Shown: positions 49,835 to 59,831 of the stretch, piece by piece | Position numbering within the stretch: the stretch's first letter is position 1 | How the letters are laid out: each line of letters opens with the position of its first letter | Assembly: GCA_046483985.1 (NCBI GenBank) | Contig: JAWOCD010000021.1 | Location: 1 to 64,000 of the forward strand | DNA from: Promethearchaeia archaeon | Lineage (GTDB): Archaea; Asgardarchaeota; Lokiarchaeia; Sigyniarchaeales; SOKP01 | Length of the DNA stretch: 64,000 nucleotides | Reading direction: 5' to 3' | Position numbers and translations under genes: made by a program | Notes under the pieces: model-generated | What the model was told of the DNA's origin: nothing | Seen by the model: only the letters and a program-made list of their open reading frames with translations | The model's database searches: none

Positions 49835-50089
49835 TCAATCCTCTCCCAATCTCCTTATTGCATCGCCGTATTTTTTCATTATTTTGTCTATTTTATCCTT
49901 ATCTCCTTTGGGACTTTTTCCCTTCCTAATTTCTTCCTTTTCTTCGAAATTTTTGCGAAAATAGTATTGGATTAAAAATCTAATTACTTCTGCGTCATTT
50001 TGAATTCCTAAGGAAGATTTAATTATCTCAAATCGAGTTGACAAGACTCCATTCAATTGGGTGTGTATTTTCTTTGAAGACTCGGTCAT
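49835..50089 (-). CDS. Putative antitoxin (RHH-like) for Doc
   Basis: 84 aa, ending 1 bp before the doc start. LGIQNDAEVIRFLI is RHH-like; the KKYGDAIRRLG tail resembles Doc antitoxins. Confidence 0.7.
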   Translation of the reverse strand: MTESSKKIHTQLNGVLSTRFEIIKSSLGIQNDAEVIRFLIQYYFRKNFEEKEEIRKGKSPKGDKDKIDKIMKKYGDAIRRLGED

Positions 50090-50324
50090 TTCAATCCTCT
50101 TCTTATTTTACTTTTTTATTTTTTTAATGTTACTAAGAATACTCTTTTATTTAACTTTTTGCATTATTCTGCAATTTTTTCCTTCAAAAAGTATCAAATC
50201 TCAGCTTTTTCCTTTTGAATTTCATCCGACTTCCTTTTGAGTTCAAATTCATGCAGAATTAGCGTTCCCTTCTCCTTGTAGAGTATTTTGAGATATTTAC
50301 CTTCGCCATTTCTGAGCAGCTTGT

Positions 50325-50603
50325 TTAGAATGGCCATAAAAAGTGCTGGATAACAGCACTTGCTGTCTTATCATCAACTTTAAATTCCTCAAGATTTATT
50401 GCTTTTAGAATATGGGCTATAATATGAGTACAGATATCAAGGAGGATCTGTGTTAAGATTTCAAATAATCTCTCAGCTATTAATTGAAGTTCTGTATCCT
50501 TCTCTAGGGTTTTTATAGATTGTGCGGTAATGTTTTCCCAGATTTTCCAGTATTTTTTACTTGAAAGAAATTTTTGCCGGATCCAAGAAAAATCAACTTT
50601 CAT
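50325..50603 (-). pseudogene. Truncated HEPN (DUF86/HepT-like) toxin
   Basis: The N-half (AERLFEIL.QILLDICTHII) is present, but the catalytic R-x4-H region is absent and replaced by unrelated sequence. Confidence 0.65.
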
Positions 50604-50619
50604 TCTCTACACCTCTTAA

Positions 50620-51090
50620 TTATTTAATATAGTCTGCTTCTTTAAGCAACTGATCATACCAAATCTTATGATCGTAATAGAGGGGAAGTAGTTTCTCCAA
50701 AAACTCGGGAAATACTTGAGGGTTTTGCTCATAAATCAATAATCGATATTTGATTGCGTTGAACTGTACGTGTAATGGAAGATTTTGCAGGACGGAAATC
50801 TCTATTTTTTCAATCTCAGCTAATTCACTTGCTTTTACATGGAGTTTTGTTAAAATAGAAAGCTGTTGTTTACCAGGGAATTCCTTAAACTTAGGGATTG
50901 AAACGAAAATATCCACATCGCTCCACCATTGATTCCTATTTTCTGCCCACGATCCGCCAAGACAAGCAAACTCAATATCATATTGTTTGAAAAGATTCCT
51001 CAACTTTCGACCAAGATATCGAGTCATTTCTTCTTCCGTGTTGGGAAATCCCTTATTTCTTTCAAAATCTTGACTCTCTGCGCGTCTCAT
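50620..51090 (-). CDS. MNT (MntA-like) nucleotidyltransferase antitoxin
   Basis: LGGSWA.....WSDVDI and L.NLPLHVQFNAI...LLIYE. Confidence 0.8.
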   Translation of the reverse strand: MRRAESQDFERNKGFPNTEEEMTRYLGRKLRNLFKQYDIEFACLGGSWAENRNQWWSDVDIFVSIPKFKEFPGKQQLSILTKLHVKASELAEIEKIEISVLQNLPLHVQFNAIKYRLLIYEQNPQVFPEFLEKLLPLYYDHKIWYDQLLKEADYIK

Positions 51091-51152
51091 ATTAAACCAC
51101 TACATTATAATATTATTTCCAATTCTCTATGCTGTTGATTGCTTTTAGAATA

Positions 51153-51407
51153 TTATTCAAATAGATATGTAGTTTCAATTTTTGTTTCAAAAATCTTTTC
51201 TAAATAATTTGAAAGGCCAATTAGATGTATTAAATCTGCATCGGATTCAAATTCAACTACGCTATTCTCTTTTTGTTCATTATTAACGTAAGATCCAAAT
51301 AGACCAATATTTTTTACGCGGTACTTTTTGTTAAGTTTTTCTTTCAAATTACTTAATGTATTGAGAAGTGTTTCTTTAGTATTTCGCTTTTCACTCATAT
51401 CTATCAT
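51153..51407 (-). pseudogene. Degenerate MNT lacking the DxD motif
   Basis: IGLFGSYV.NEQKENS runs directly into VVEF with the DID segment deleted. The C-terminus is short. Confidence 0.65.
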
Positions 51408-51496
51408 CTATGGATATAATATTTTGAAAATTATATATATTTTAGTGGAATTAGCAAAAAATAGAGATTTATAAAAACTGAGGAAATTTAACGATC

Positions 51497-51524
51497 TGCG
51501 AAAGAAGTCCCCATCCCTTTAGGG
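51497..51524 (+). mobile_element. IS200/IS605-like end remnant
   Basis: TGCGAAAGAAGTCCCCATCCCTTTAGGG resembles the family left end. Confidence 0.35.
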
Positions 51525-51547
51525 TTTGCCTTTGTCTCTTCGTGAAT

Positions 51548-54500
51548 TCACGAAGATCTTACAATTCTTAAAATCTTTCTTTTCTCGGTTTCAGATATCT
51601 CTAATGAGTTAAGAATTACATCGATCTCATCCCTTGAAAGCGAAAATCTCTCAAACACCAGTGCATCCACCAGATTTTGGAGTTTTCTAATTTTTTGGAG
51701 AGAAAAAATAACTCCTCCAACATCAATATCAAGTTCTTTTTCCTTAATATGCTCTTTTATTTCCTTATTGATATAGCGAATGAGATTATCTGAATTTTCC
51801 CAAGGATTTGGTTTAATAATTGTAACATCGGTTTTTCTGAAAAAATCATGAAGAGATTTCACTTTTCTCCGTGAATCCAACAATTCTAATATTTCCAGAA
51901 ATATAATATCCCGATAACCCCTTTTATCCGCTTCTAGGTTAAGAAGCAAGCTTTCAACAGATTTCTTAATCCCATAAATTTTTAGAGAATTCCTATTTTC
52001 TAAATGGAGTCTAAATTGGTTAAATTCCTTTTTTAAGATTGGATCATCCTCATCGGGATAGATATTTACATCTTTGATCAAAATCTCTTCAAAATTTCCT
52101 TTTTGAATTTTTCCTTTATCACTCAATAACAATTTCTTAAGCGTTTTTTGGTCATTACCGTACTTGTTACTAACCATTTTCCAGATTTCTCTATACTTCA
52201 AAAAAATTCTTTTATGGGTTATGATTTGGTAAACTAAATTCTCTATTTTCCTTTTTTTTTCTTTCGATGCAGAAGCGATTGGCATCTTCCCCAGCGGAGT
52301 AGCAAAAAACTCCATGGTTTTTCCTTTTAATTTCCCCGCCGTTTTATACCAAAAATTTAGCACTTTTGAATTCAATATCCCCAATAAATATAAGATACTT
52401 GCGTTTGATTTTGGAACAATAGCATACATATCGGAGGTACCAAAATGGCCTTTTTCATCCAATGCAAACCGATTTTCCTTGGCTCTATAAGGACAAACTA
52501 TTTTTTCTCCAGATTCTTCGAATAAGTCCACGTTTTGTAATCTCTGATATCCATACCAAGGATATTTCTTTCCATCATAATCATACCTGGATTTAAGTTC
52601 TTGCTCAAATATTATCAAATAGCCGGATATTCCCTTATAATTTTTAATATCAAGACGTCCATCTTGGAGTGGAACAGTATAAATAAGAAAATTATTGTTT
52701 TTTACCAGTGCATATTTCTTTATTTGACTGTTTGTCACTAACGGTTTTAAAAATTCCTTTTCAATAAAGTGAACTTTTTCGGTCTTTCTATCAACGACTT
52801 TTACCGAATTTGGAGTAATATCTACCCAGTAACCCTCTCCTTTTTGAGTTGCCTTGTCAAAATCGATTCTAAATTCACTCTTTCTTCCCGGGACCACACC
52901 TTGACCTATTTCACATAAATCTCCCAAGCGATTGCAATCATTTTCTAATTTTTCTATAATCTCTAATTTATTCATTTTTGATAATTTCCATTTTTCTTTA
53001 CCCAGACTATCTTGTTCGATCTGAAAAAGATCTAGATGTTTGTCGGAATGGGAATCTTTCTCGTAATTTTCTGTTATATGTTTAACTAATTTTTCATTGC
53101 TAAATTGTTGACTTAAATTAGAAAATCCTTTCTTGCAGTAGACATACTTAAACTTATTTTCACTAAGTTCATTCCTCTCTCTCTTTTTAAAGATTAAAAT
53201 ACAGGTGTCATTATCCGCGTCCTCAAATATTTTTTTAATCTTCCCAAATCTTATTAAGGTCTTTAACTTTACATGCTCCAATATAAATTCTCTTAAATTG
53301 TCCGCATAATCATTTTCAATCCAATAATCTTCAACGATATAACCAAAAAGCCCCTCATTTTTCATTAATTTTATTGCCAGTATGATAAAATAGTAATAAA
53401 TATCACTTTGACTTCTAAAAAAATCCTTCCACACTTGGTCATTTTTAAGATATTCATAGATATAAGACTGGACCAAATTTCCCTTTCCTTTTCCTCTTAT
53501 AGTAAAATAAGGAGGATTTCCTATAATGATTTCAAAACCTCTATTATCATTAGATATTTTATTCCCATTTCCTTCAAAGAAAGTAAACCAGTATTCTAAG
53601 GGCCAATAGAAGGGTTTAATTTCATCTAATAGTTCCTCAGAAATATCATTTTTCTTAATTGAATTCTTCAATAAACCGTTTAAATCTTCTTTAATTTGGG
53701 CTTTGATTCTGGTTATATCTTCAATTATTTCGATATTCTGCGGGTTATTTAGATATTGTCCTCTCAGGTCACTAATTTTTTCTAATTCATTAGAATAGTG
53801 GACTGAAAGATGATCTATAACCGTTTCTTGAGGTAAGTTAACTAAAGAATCCCCATTTCCTAAATTTAGTTCCAAGTTTGGTAAGATATGGTTAGTATGA
53901 CTGGGAACTTTATAAAATTGAAAAGATTGGGGTGAAAGTTTTATTGCCTCAAGCCAAATATTCAGCTTCGCTACATCTATTGCATTTTCGTCTAAATCAT
54001 TCCCATATATATGTCTAAGAATTATTTTAGGAATCAATACTTGCTTATGATCAAAATCCAGTTTCTTCTTAAGATTTAATATTTTTTTAAAAATTTCTTC
54101 TTTTTCTTCAGATCTTATCACTTTTCCATTAGAATCATTATATTCTTCATAATATTGGGTTATTACTTGATTTAACTTGGCATATTTTTTCCATATCAAT
54201 TTTAGAGTTTTTATTAGAAATGCACCCGATCCGCACGAGGGATCTAGAACTTTAATCGAGAAAAAATCATTTAATTGGTGTTCACATTCAGAAAAGTTTT
54301 TTCTTTCAAGATTTTCAGAAATTTTCGATATTATAGAATTGAATTTAGTTCCCACGGTAGTTTTTACAATATAATTGGTAATATATTTTGGAGTGTAATA
54401 TCTTCCTTGCTCTTTTCGGATTTCAGCCAAATAAGTCTCATAAACCTTACCGAGAATATCCCCATCAATTCGGCGGAAATTGTATTTAACTATTCCCGGT

Positions 54501-55519
54501 ATCCACCCCTCTTTAGATATTCCATAATCGACCCCTAAGATTAACCTAAATTTCTTATAGAATAAGTCAATATTCTTCTGTTTTTGATTTAGATATTCCA
54601 ATATTAAAGCTTCTTCTTTAAATAATTCGATACCGTACAATTCAAAGAAATATTCATTAATATCTTCTAAAAACTTGCTTAAAATCCGGGTTTTATTTTT
54701 CGCCATCCATTTCTTATTTATATTTTTCCACTCTTCTGCAATGAAATTTTTTTGAATCACCCAGAATTTATCTAATGATTGAATGAAGAGGAATTTATTT
54801 ATTAAGTTTATAATTAATTTAGTTTTCTCTTTTTCTGCTACATTAAACTGAACTTCATCCAATTCCTCAACCCATTTTTTTAAACTTTTATAAAAACCTT
54901 TATCAAGCGGTTCCCTGTCCGAAAGGTCCTCCTTCTTATCAAGATAATACCAAAAATCGTCAACTTGTTTAAAATCCTCCAGAAGCTGGAAAAATTTAAC
55001 TTTTCCAAAATATTCACATTCTTTCCTTAATGAAAAACTTTTACTAAAAAGGAACCACTCGTGTAAATTTGTCAGCACCACATATTCATACTTACCATCC
55101 AAATATTTTAAAATCTGTGCCTGGTGATTTTCCGGCTTTAGTTTTAATCTTATTAATTTTTTAAAGGGTCTTCCCGACTTTTTCTTTTTAAAAATTCCCT
55201 TGTATAAAGGTTTTATCTCAAGACCGATTTTTTCCCGGTCTGCTTTTATTAGATAATCTAAAAAACCGCCTTCTCGATTCACTTTAGGGAATACATCTTG
55301 AAATAGATATTCTGCAAGTTTGGAATTATTTGAGAAAAACAATTCCCCGAGTGCTTGTTCTGGTTTTGAAGCCTTTCTTAAAGAGTCTAAATAATTTTTC
55401 ACTTCTTTACTTTGCAATTGTTCTAAAAACTCAGGTAACTCTTTTGCTGTAATCTCTTCCTTCTTAAAAAGGATTTCTAAGTCTGCTATGATTTTGTTTG
55501 GGACTCGATTTTTGTTCAT
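51548..55519 (-). CDS. Type IIG restriction-modification enzyme (Eco57I-like REase-MTase-TRD fusion)
   Basis: N-terminal DY...LEIK PD-(D/E)xK-like motif, DILGKVYE, YYTP, motif I DPSCGSGAF, motif IV GNPPY, and TRD-like YLLGILNS. Confidence 0.9.
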   Translation of the reverse strand: MNKNRVPNKIIADLEILFKKEEITAKELPEFLEQLQSKEVKNYLDSLRKASKPEQALGELFFSNNSKLAEYLFQDVFPKVNREGGFLDYLIKADREKIGLEIKPLYKGIFKKKKSGRPFKKLIRLKLKPENHQAQILKYLDGKYEYVVLTNLHEWFLFSKSFSLRKECEYFGKVKFFQLLEDFKQVDDFWYYLDKKEDLSDREPLDKGFYKSLKKWVEELDEVQFNVAEKEKTKLIINLINKFLFIQSLDKFWVIQKNFIAEEWKNINKKWMAKNKTRILSKFLEDINEYFFELYGIELFKEEALILEYLNQKQKNIDLFYKKFRLILGVDYGISKEGWIPGIVKYNFRRIDGDILGKVYETYLAEIRKEQGRYYTPKYITNYIVKTTVGTKFNSIISKISENLERKNFSECEHQLNDFFSIKVLDPSCGSGAFLIKTLKLIWKKYAKLNQVITQYYEEYNDSNGKVIRSEEKEEIFKKILNLKKKLDFDHKQVLIPKIILRHIYGNDLDENAIDVAKLNIWLEAIKLSPQSFQFYKVPSHTNHILPNLELNLGNGDSLVNLPQETVIDHLSVHYSNELEKISDLRGQYLNNPQNIEIIEDITRIKAQIKEDLNGLLKNSIKKNDISEELLDEIKPFYWPLEYWFTFFEGNGNKISNDNRGFEIIIGNPPYFTIRGKGKGNLVQSYIYEYLKNDQVWKDFFRSQSDIYYYFIILAIKLMKNEGLFGYIVEDYWIENDYADNLREFILEHVKLKTLIRFGKIKKIFEDADNDTCILIFKKRERNELSENKFKYVYCKKGFSNLSQQFSNEKLVKHITENYEKDSHSDKHLDLFQIEQDSLGKEKWKLSKMNKLEIIEKLENDCNRLGDLCEIGQGVVPGRKSEFRIDFDKATQKGEGYWVDITPNSVKVVDRKTEKVHFIEKEFLKPLVTNSQIKKYALVKNNNFLIYTVPLQDGRLDIKNYKGISGYLIIFEQELKSRYDYDGKKYPWYGYQRLQNVDLFEESGEKIVCPYRAKENRFALDEKGHFGTSDMYAIVPKSNASILYLLGILNSKVLNFWYKTAGKLKGKTMEFFATPLGKMPIASASKEKKRKIENLVYQIITHKRIFLKYREIWKMVSNKYGNDQKTLKKLLLSDKGKIQKGNFEEILIKDVNIYPDEDDPILKKEFNQFRLHLENRNSLKIYGIKKSVESLLLNLEADKRGYRDIIFLEILELLDSRRKVKSLHDFFRKTDVTIIKPNPWENSDNLIRYINKEIKEHIKEKELDIDVGGVIFSLQKIRKLQNLVDALVFERFSLSRDEIDVILNSLEISETEKRKILRIVRSS

Positions 55520-55740
55520 ATAAATTAAGCCTTTTAATGAGTTAAATTTTCAATTCCTTGAACTGTTCAAACACGAAAATTGATTTTGTTTGCTATAACC
55601 AACTTTCTTAAACTGTAATAAATTTCAAGATTGCACCTTTTTAGAAAATATAATTTTGATTAGTTTGCTATTGTTTTTATAGAAGAGATTCATTAATTTA
55701 AATTTTGAGAAAAGATCAAGCCTATATACAATTAACACAT

Positions 55741-55875
55741 TTTGAGATCTCCGGGTCATTCGTAAGAATTGCATCAGCGTCATAAGAATGATATAAGGCA
55801 ACATTTCAAAATCTCGATATTTTTGGTCTGATAGATCAGATCTGGCCGGTTAAGGGTGTGAAGATATCGGCATCA
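55741..55875 (-). pseudogene. Possible PIN/VapC toxin remnant
   Basis: The minus frame VALYHSYDADAILTNDPEISK resembles a PIN C-terminus. In-frame stops lie upstream. Confidence 0.35.
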
Positions 55876-56028
55876 TAGATTAAGGATTTGTAATTAAAGG
55901 TTTATTAGTAAGTTTTTTAACAACTAGTTTATTGTAAAAAATCTAAATAATTTTATAGGTTAAAGTTTATTTATAATATAGATTAATTACAGCATTTTAC
56001 TAAATAATCATAGAAAGGATAAATTAAA

Positions 56029-56931
56029 ATGAGTCGGGAAAATCCTTACAGCATTATAGGATTAGATAAAAGTGAGGAAATTCTATATAAATTATTAATT
56101 CAGGCAGCAAAAATCTCAAGAACTGAAACTTCAGTAAAATATAATAAGATTAAAGTAACTGATCTTAATGAATTATCCGACTATTCGAAACCAAAGGTTT
56201 ATGAGTTGGTCAGGGAATTGAAAAGAAAAAAATTGGTGCAAATTGATAATATTCGACCCATGTATGTACGGCCAATTGATCCTGAGGTCTCAATTAAACA
56301 AGTAGTAAATGAAAAGAAAAATTCTTTAGATTGGGCGAGAAAACAAATTATCAAGGAGTTAGGATCCCTCCCTAAGTTAAAATCAGGCTTTCCATTTAGC
56401 AAGGCTCCTCCCTTTAGTTTCTTAACAAATGCACAAGAATATTATAAAGCACTTAAAACGGTACTCGAAAAAGCTGAAAATGAGATTTTATTGATTTGCG
56501 GATATTTAGTCAGGCCAGAAGAAGAATTGCTCAGAGAATATCTTAGTAAAAAAATAAAAGAAGGATTAAAAATTCGAATTCTTTATGGAGGATCAATTAA
56601 AGGGGAAAAAAGATTTAGAGATCATTTTTCAGAGTATATTCTTGAACCAAATCAGTCCTTGATTGAAGAGAATACAGCCAAAGTATATATTGATGCAGTT
56701 CAGTTTTCTCCAGCATTGAGAATTACTATAATTGATAATAAGGAATTAATTATGGCCTTAAAAAGATATGAGAAGGAAGATAAGCGGATAAACATCACAA
56801 ATGTGACCGCAATCCATTCGGACAACCGAGATTTTGTGCGAACTACTCATGATACCTTTATAATCCTCAGAAAATTAGTAGATATTCGAATTGTCGATTA
56901 CTTAGAACAAAAACAATCACAGAAAAGATAG
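56029..56931 (+). CDS. TrmB family transcriptional regulator
   Basis: GLDKSE..LY..L, wHTH SKPKVYELV.EL..K.LV and P.Y..P.DP. The C-terminal PLD-like effector domain contains ITIIDNKE. Confidence 0.85.
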   Translation: MSRENPYSIIGLDKSEEILYKLLIQAAKISRTETSVKYNKIKVTDLNELSDYSKPKVYELVRELKRKKLVQIDNIRPMYVRPIDPEVSIKQVVNEKKNSLDWARKQIIKELGSLPKLKSGFPFSKAPPFSFLTNAQEYYKALKTVLEKAENEILLICGYLVRPEEELLREYLSKKIKEGLKIRILYGGSIKGEKRFRDHFSEYILEPNQSLIEENTAKVYIDAVQFSPALRITIIDNKELIMALKRYEKEDKRINITNVTAIHSDNRDFVRTTHDTFIILRKLVDIRIVDYLEQKQSQKR

Positions 56932-57100
56932 TTTGCCAAGGGAAAAATAACCCCAATTTGATTGATCATTTTTGCTAAAATTTATTATTTCCATCTCTTT
57001 TCTCCTCATTTCTTAGGATTATATTTAAAGAAAAGATTTTAAATATGAGGAAATTATAAATATCCTCTTTTTCTATAATAAAATAGTATAAAATTACGAT

Positions 57101-57121
57101 TTACCTACTTTTAAGTAGTAA
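57101..57121. promoter_or_regulatory. Candidate TrmB operator (CTACTT-TT-AAGTAG)
   Basis: Inverted repeat with a TACT..AGTA core, downstream of a TATA-like tract and about 35 bp before the GRE start. Confidence 0.45.
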
Positions 57122-57154
57122 TGTTTGATCGTTCTTTAAAGAAAGGGATATGAA

Positions 57155-59719
57155 ATGCAAGTGGAATTAAAACATAATAATTTACTCAAGAATTTTGATG
57201 GAAAATCACTCCATCCTAAAAATAAAATACTAAAAGACCAACTATTGGAAGCAGAACATTGGATATGCATGGAACGAGCGAAATTTTATACGGAAAGTTA
57301 TAAAGAAACTGAAGGGGAATATCCAACAATTCGTTCTGCCAAAGCGTTACGCCATACATTCAATAATATGACGGTAAAGATCTTTCCACATGAGCTCTTG
57401 GTGGGAAATCGATCATCAAAATTGATCGCCCCGCCTATCGCTCCTGAACGGGGAGACATGCCGTTTGTCATTGAAACCATGCTTCCAGTCCTTAAAAAGC
57501 GACAAGGTTACCATATAACCAAGGAGCACAAAACATGGCTTTCCAAGGACATTATCCCCTACTGGGAGGATAAAAGCGTCAGAAGCCAGAAAGTTAAGAG
57601 GTTTGAAGAGGCAGGGCTTGCCAGCCAGCTTTCACTAGGAAATGGCGGAATCAAGCGGTTACGGAAGGCGTTCGGATTTAAAAATATCACGAGGTTAGTC
57701 ATCGACCCGACTGCCTCTCTATGGGATAAGATCAAATTCATCTTTAAATTGCCCACATGGATTAAGGCAATTAAAAACGGGACGGCAGATAACATCCTCG
57801 GGCGCGGACGTTGTATCGACACTCAAGCCCATATCGTACCTGGACATAAAAACGTACTAAAAAAGGGATTTAAAGGAATTAAAGACGAAGCTCAACAAAG
57901 GTTAGAAACCGCAACAACGGAGGAAGAAAAGGGATTTTTACAAGGAGTAATAATTGCGTGCGAGGCCATACGGGAGTTCAGTTTACGATTCTCTGAACTG
58001 GCAAAAAATATGGCCAACACGGAGAACAATGAGGAAAGAAAGGAAGAATTAGGGAGAATTGCAGAATTATGCAAAAAAGTCCCATGGAACCCCCCAGAAT
58101 CCTTTTATGAGGCGGTTCAAACAATGTGGTTTACCCAGAATGCTATTATTATAAGTTATGGTGCAGGTAGTGGAATTACACCGGGACGCGTCGACCAACT
58201 ATTATATCCCTTCTATAAAAAGGATATCGAAAATGATAGGATAACAAATAAACGCGCGCTTCGATTAATTGAGGAATTTATTATCAAAATTAATAATAAT
58301 GTGGTGATATGGCCCAATATTCTGGGTATACGCCTTAATCATCTGGGTTCTGATATTGAAAATATTACCATCGGTGGCGTCACTCCAGAGGGAAAAGACG
58401 CGACCAATGAGCTCTCATATCTCTTTATTGAGGCGATTAAAAATACAAAACTTGCAACTTCCGCATCCTTTCGCTTTTCAGAAAAGAGCCCAAAACAATT
58501 TAAGAAAAGCGTGATCGAGATTCATAAACATACCAATAGTCCTGCCTTATTCAATGATGAGATATTAATAAAAGCGTTAGAGAGAGACGGCTACACCACA
58601 GAAGCAGCTCGAGACTATTGTTTGGTGGGCTGTGTGGAACCCAGCGGGAACGGCGATACATTCGGCGCCACGGGCGGATCAAAATTATATTTCCCCAGTA
58701 TTCTCGATTTAGTCCTTAATAGAGGAAAGACCACCTTTTTCGGGACGCAAGATACGGAGGACACCGGAGATCCTACGGAATTCGAGACCTTTGATGAATT
58801 TATGGACGTCTATTATACCCAATTAGAGCAGATAGTCGATGCTGTCGCAGAAGCAACCATTCTACGGGACGAGATTTGGGCAAACAATTACCATAAACCC
58901 CTAATTTCATGCACGATCGATGGCTGTATTGATAATGCGAAAGACGCAACACAAGGAGGGTCAATCTATAAATTCCAAGCAATTGGCGCTGGTGGATTGG
59001 GTACAGTGGTGGATTCCTTAGCCGCCATAAAAAAGTTCGTGTACGACGAAAAAAAGGTCACCATGCAAGAATTAGTGAATGCCTTACATACCAATTTCAA
59101 AGATAAAGAAGAGCTACGACAAATGCTGAAAAATGGAGCCAAATTCGGAAATGACAACGAATATGTGGATAAAATCGCGGTTGAATTAACGGATAAATTT
59201 TGTGATATGGTTAGCGCCAAACAATTGCCCAATGGAGGACATTTCAAACCGAGTTTTATTTCGTATGGGTTGAACGTCTATGAAGGCGCATTAGAGCCGG
59301 CCACTCCGAACGGCAGAAAGGCGGGAGAACCGTTATCAAATAGCATTTCTCCAAGCAATGGTGCAGAGCAAAATGGACCGACTGCCGCATTAAATTCGGT
59401 GGCAAAGATCGATCATACCAAAATTGGATATGGAGACTCCTTGAATCTGAGATTCCCCCATTTCCTGGTGAAGGATGAGAAAGGACGCGAAATATTTCAA
59501 TCTTTAATGGAAGGCTACTTTGCGAAAGGTGGGATGCATATGCAAACAATCACCTATGGCACAGAGATGCTAAAGGATGCACAGGAAAATCCCGAACAAT
59601 ATGAGGATTTAATTGTGCGGGTGAGTGGATACGCTGCCTACTTCACGAGACTTGGCAAATCCATCCAAGATGATATTATCGAACGGACTGAATTTTCGAA
59701 TTTATCATGCGGACTATAA
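57155..59719 (+). CDS. Glycyl radical enzyme (PFL2/eliminase-type), unknown substrate
   Basis: Single-Cys finger loop VGCVEP, Gly loop VRVSGY, and GRVDQLLYPF, KFGND and ATPNGRKAG motifs. Confidence 0.92.
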   Translation: MQVELKHNNLLKNFDGKSLHPKNKILKDQLLEAEHWICMERAKFYTESYKETEGEYPTIRSAKALRHTFNNMTVKIFPHELLVGNRSSKLIAPPIAPERGDMPFVIETMLPVLKKRQGYHITKEHKTWLSKDIIPYWEDKSVRSQKVKRFEEAGLASQLSLGNGGIKRLRKAFGFKNITRLVIDPTASLWDKIKFIFKLPTWIKAIKNGTADNILGRGRCIDTQAHIVPGHKNVLKKGFKGIKDEAQQRLETATTEEEKGFLQGVIIACEAIREFSLRFSELAKNMANTENNEERKEELGRIAELCKKVPWNPPESFYEAVQTMWFTQNAIIISYGAGSGITPGRVDQLLYPFYKKDIENDRITNKRALRLIEEFIIKINNNVVIWPNILGIRLNHLGSDIENITIGGVTPEGKDATNELSYLFIEAIKNTKLATSASFRFSEKSPKQFKKSVIEIHKHTNSPALFNDEILIKALERDGYTTEAARDYCLVGCVEPSGNGDTFGATGGSKLYFPSILDLVLNRGKTTFFGTQDTEDTGDPTEFETFDEFMDVYYTQLEQIVDAVAEATILRDEIWANNYHKPLISCTIDGCIDNAKDATQGGSIYKFQAIGAGGLGTVVDSLAAIKKFVYDEKKVTMQELVNALHTNFKDKEELRQMLKNGAKFGNDNEYVDKIAVELTDKFCDMVSAKQLPNGGHFKPSFISYGLNVYEGALEPATPNGRKAGEPLSNSISPSNGAEQNGPTAALNSVAKIDHTKIGYGDSLNLRFPHFLVKDEKGREIFQSLMEGYFAKGGMHMQTITYGTEMLKDAQENPEQYEDLIVRVSGYAAYFTRLGKSIQDDIIERTEFSNLSCGL

Positions 59720-59831
59720 AACAAACCACACAGAACTCAGAGGGAAAAACCATGTCCGAAATAAAGTGATTTCGAGGGCATAACATTAAAGATTAATAAA
59801 TAAAAAAAACACATTAAGAATATAAATAAAC

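Noticed and set aside
57155-59719. Pyruvate formate-lyase or choline TMA-lyase assignment
   Set aside because: It lacks the PFL Cys-Cys pair, and GCVEP is shared by several eliminases, so the substrate cannot be called.
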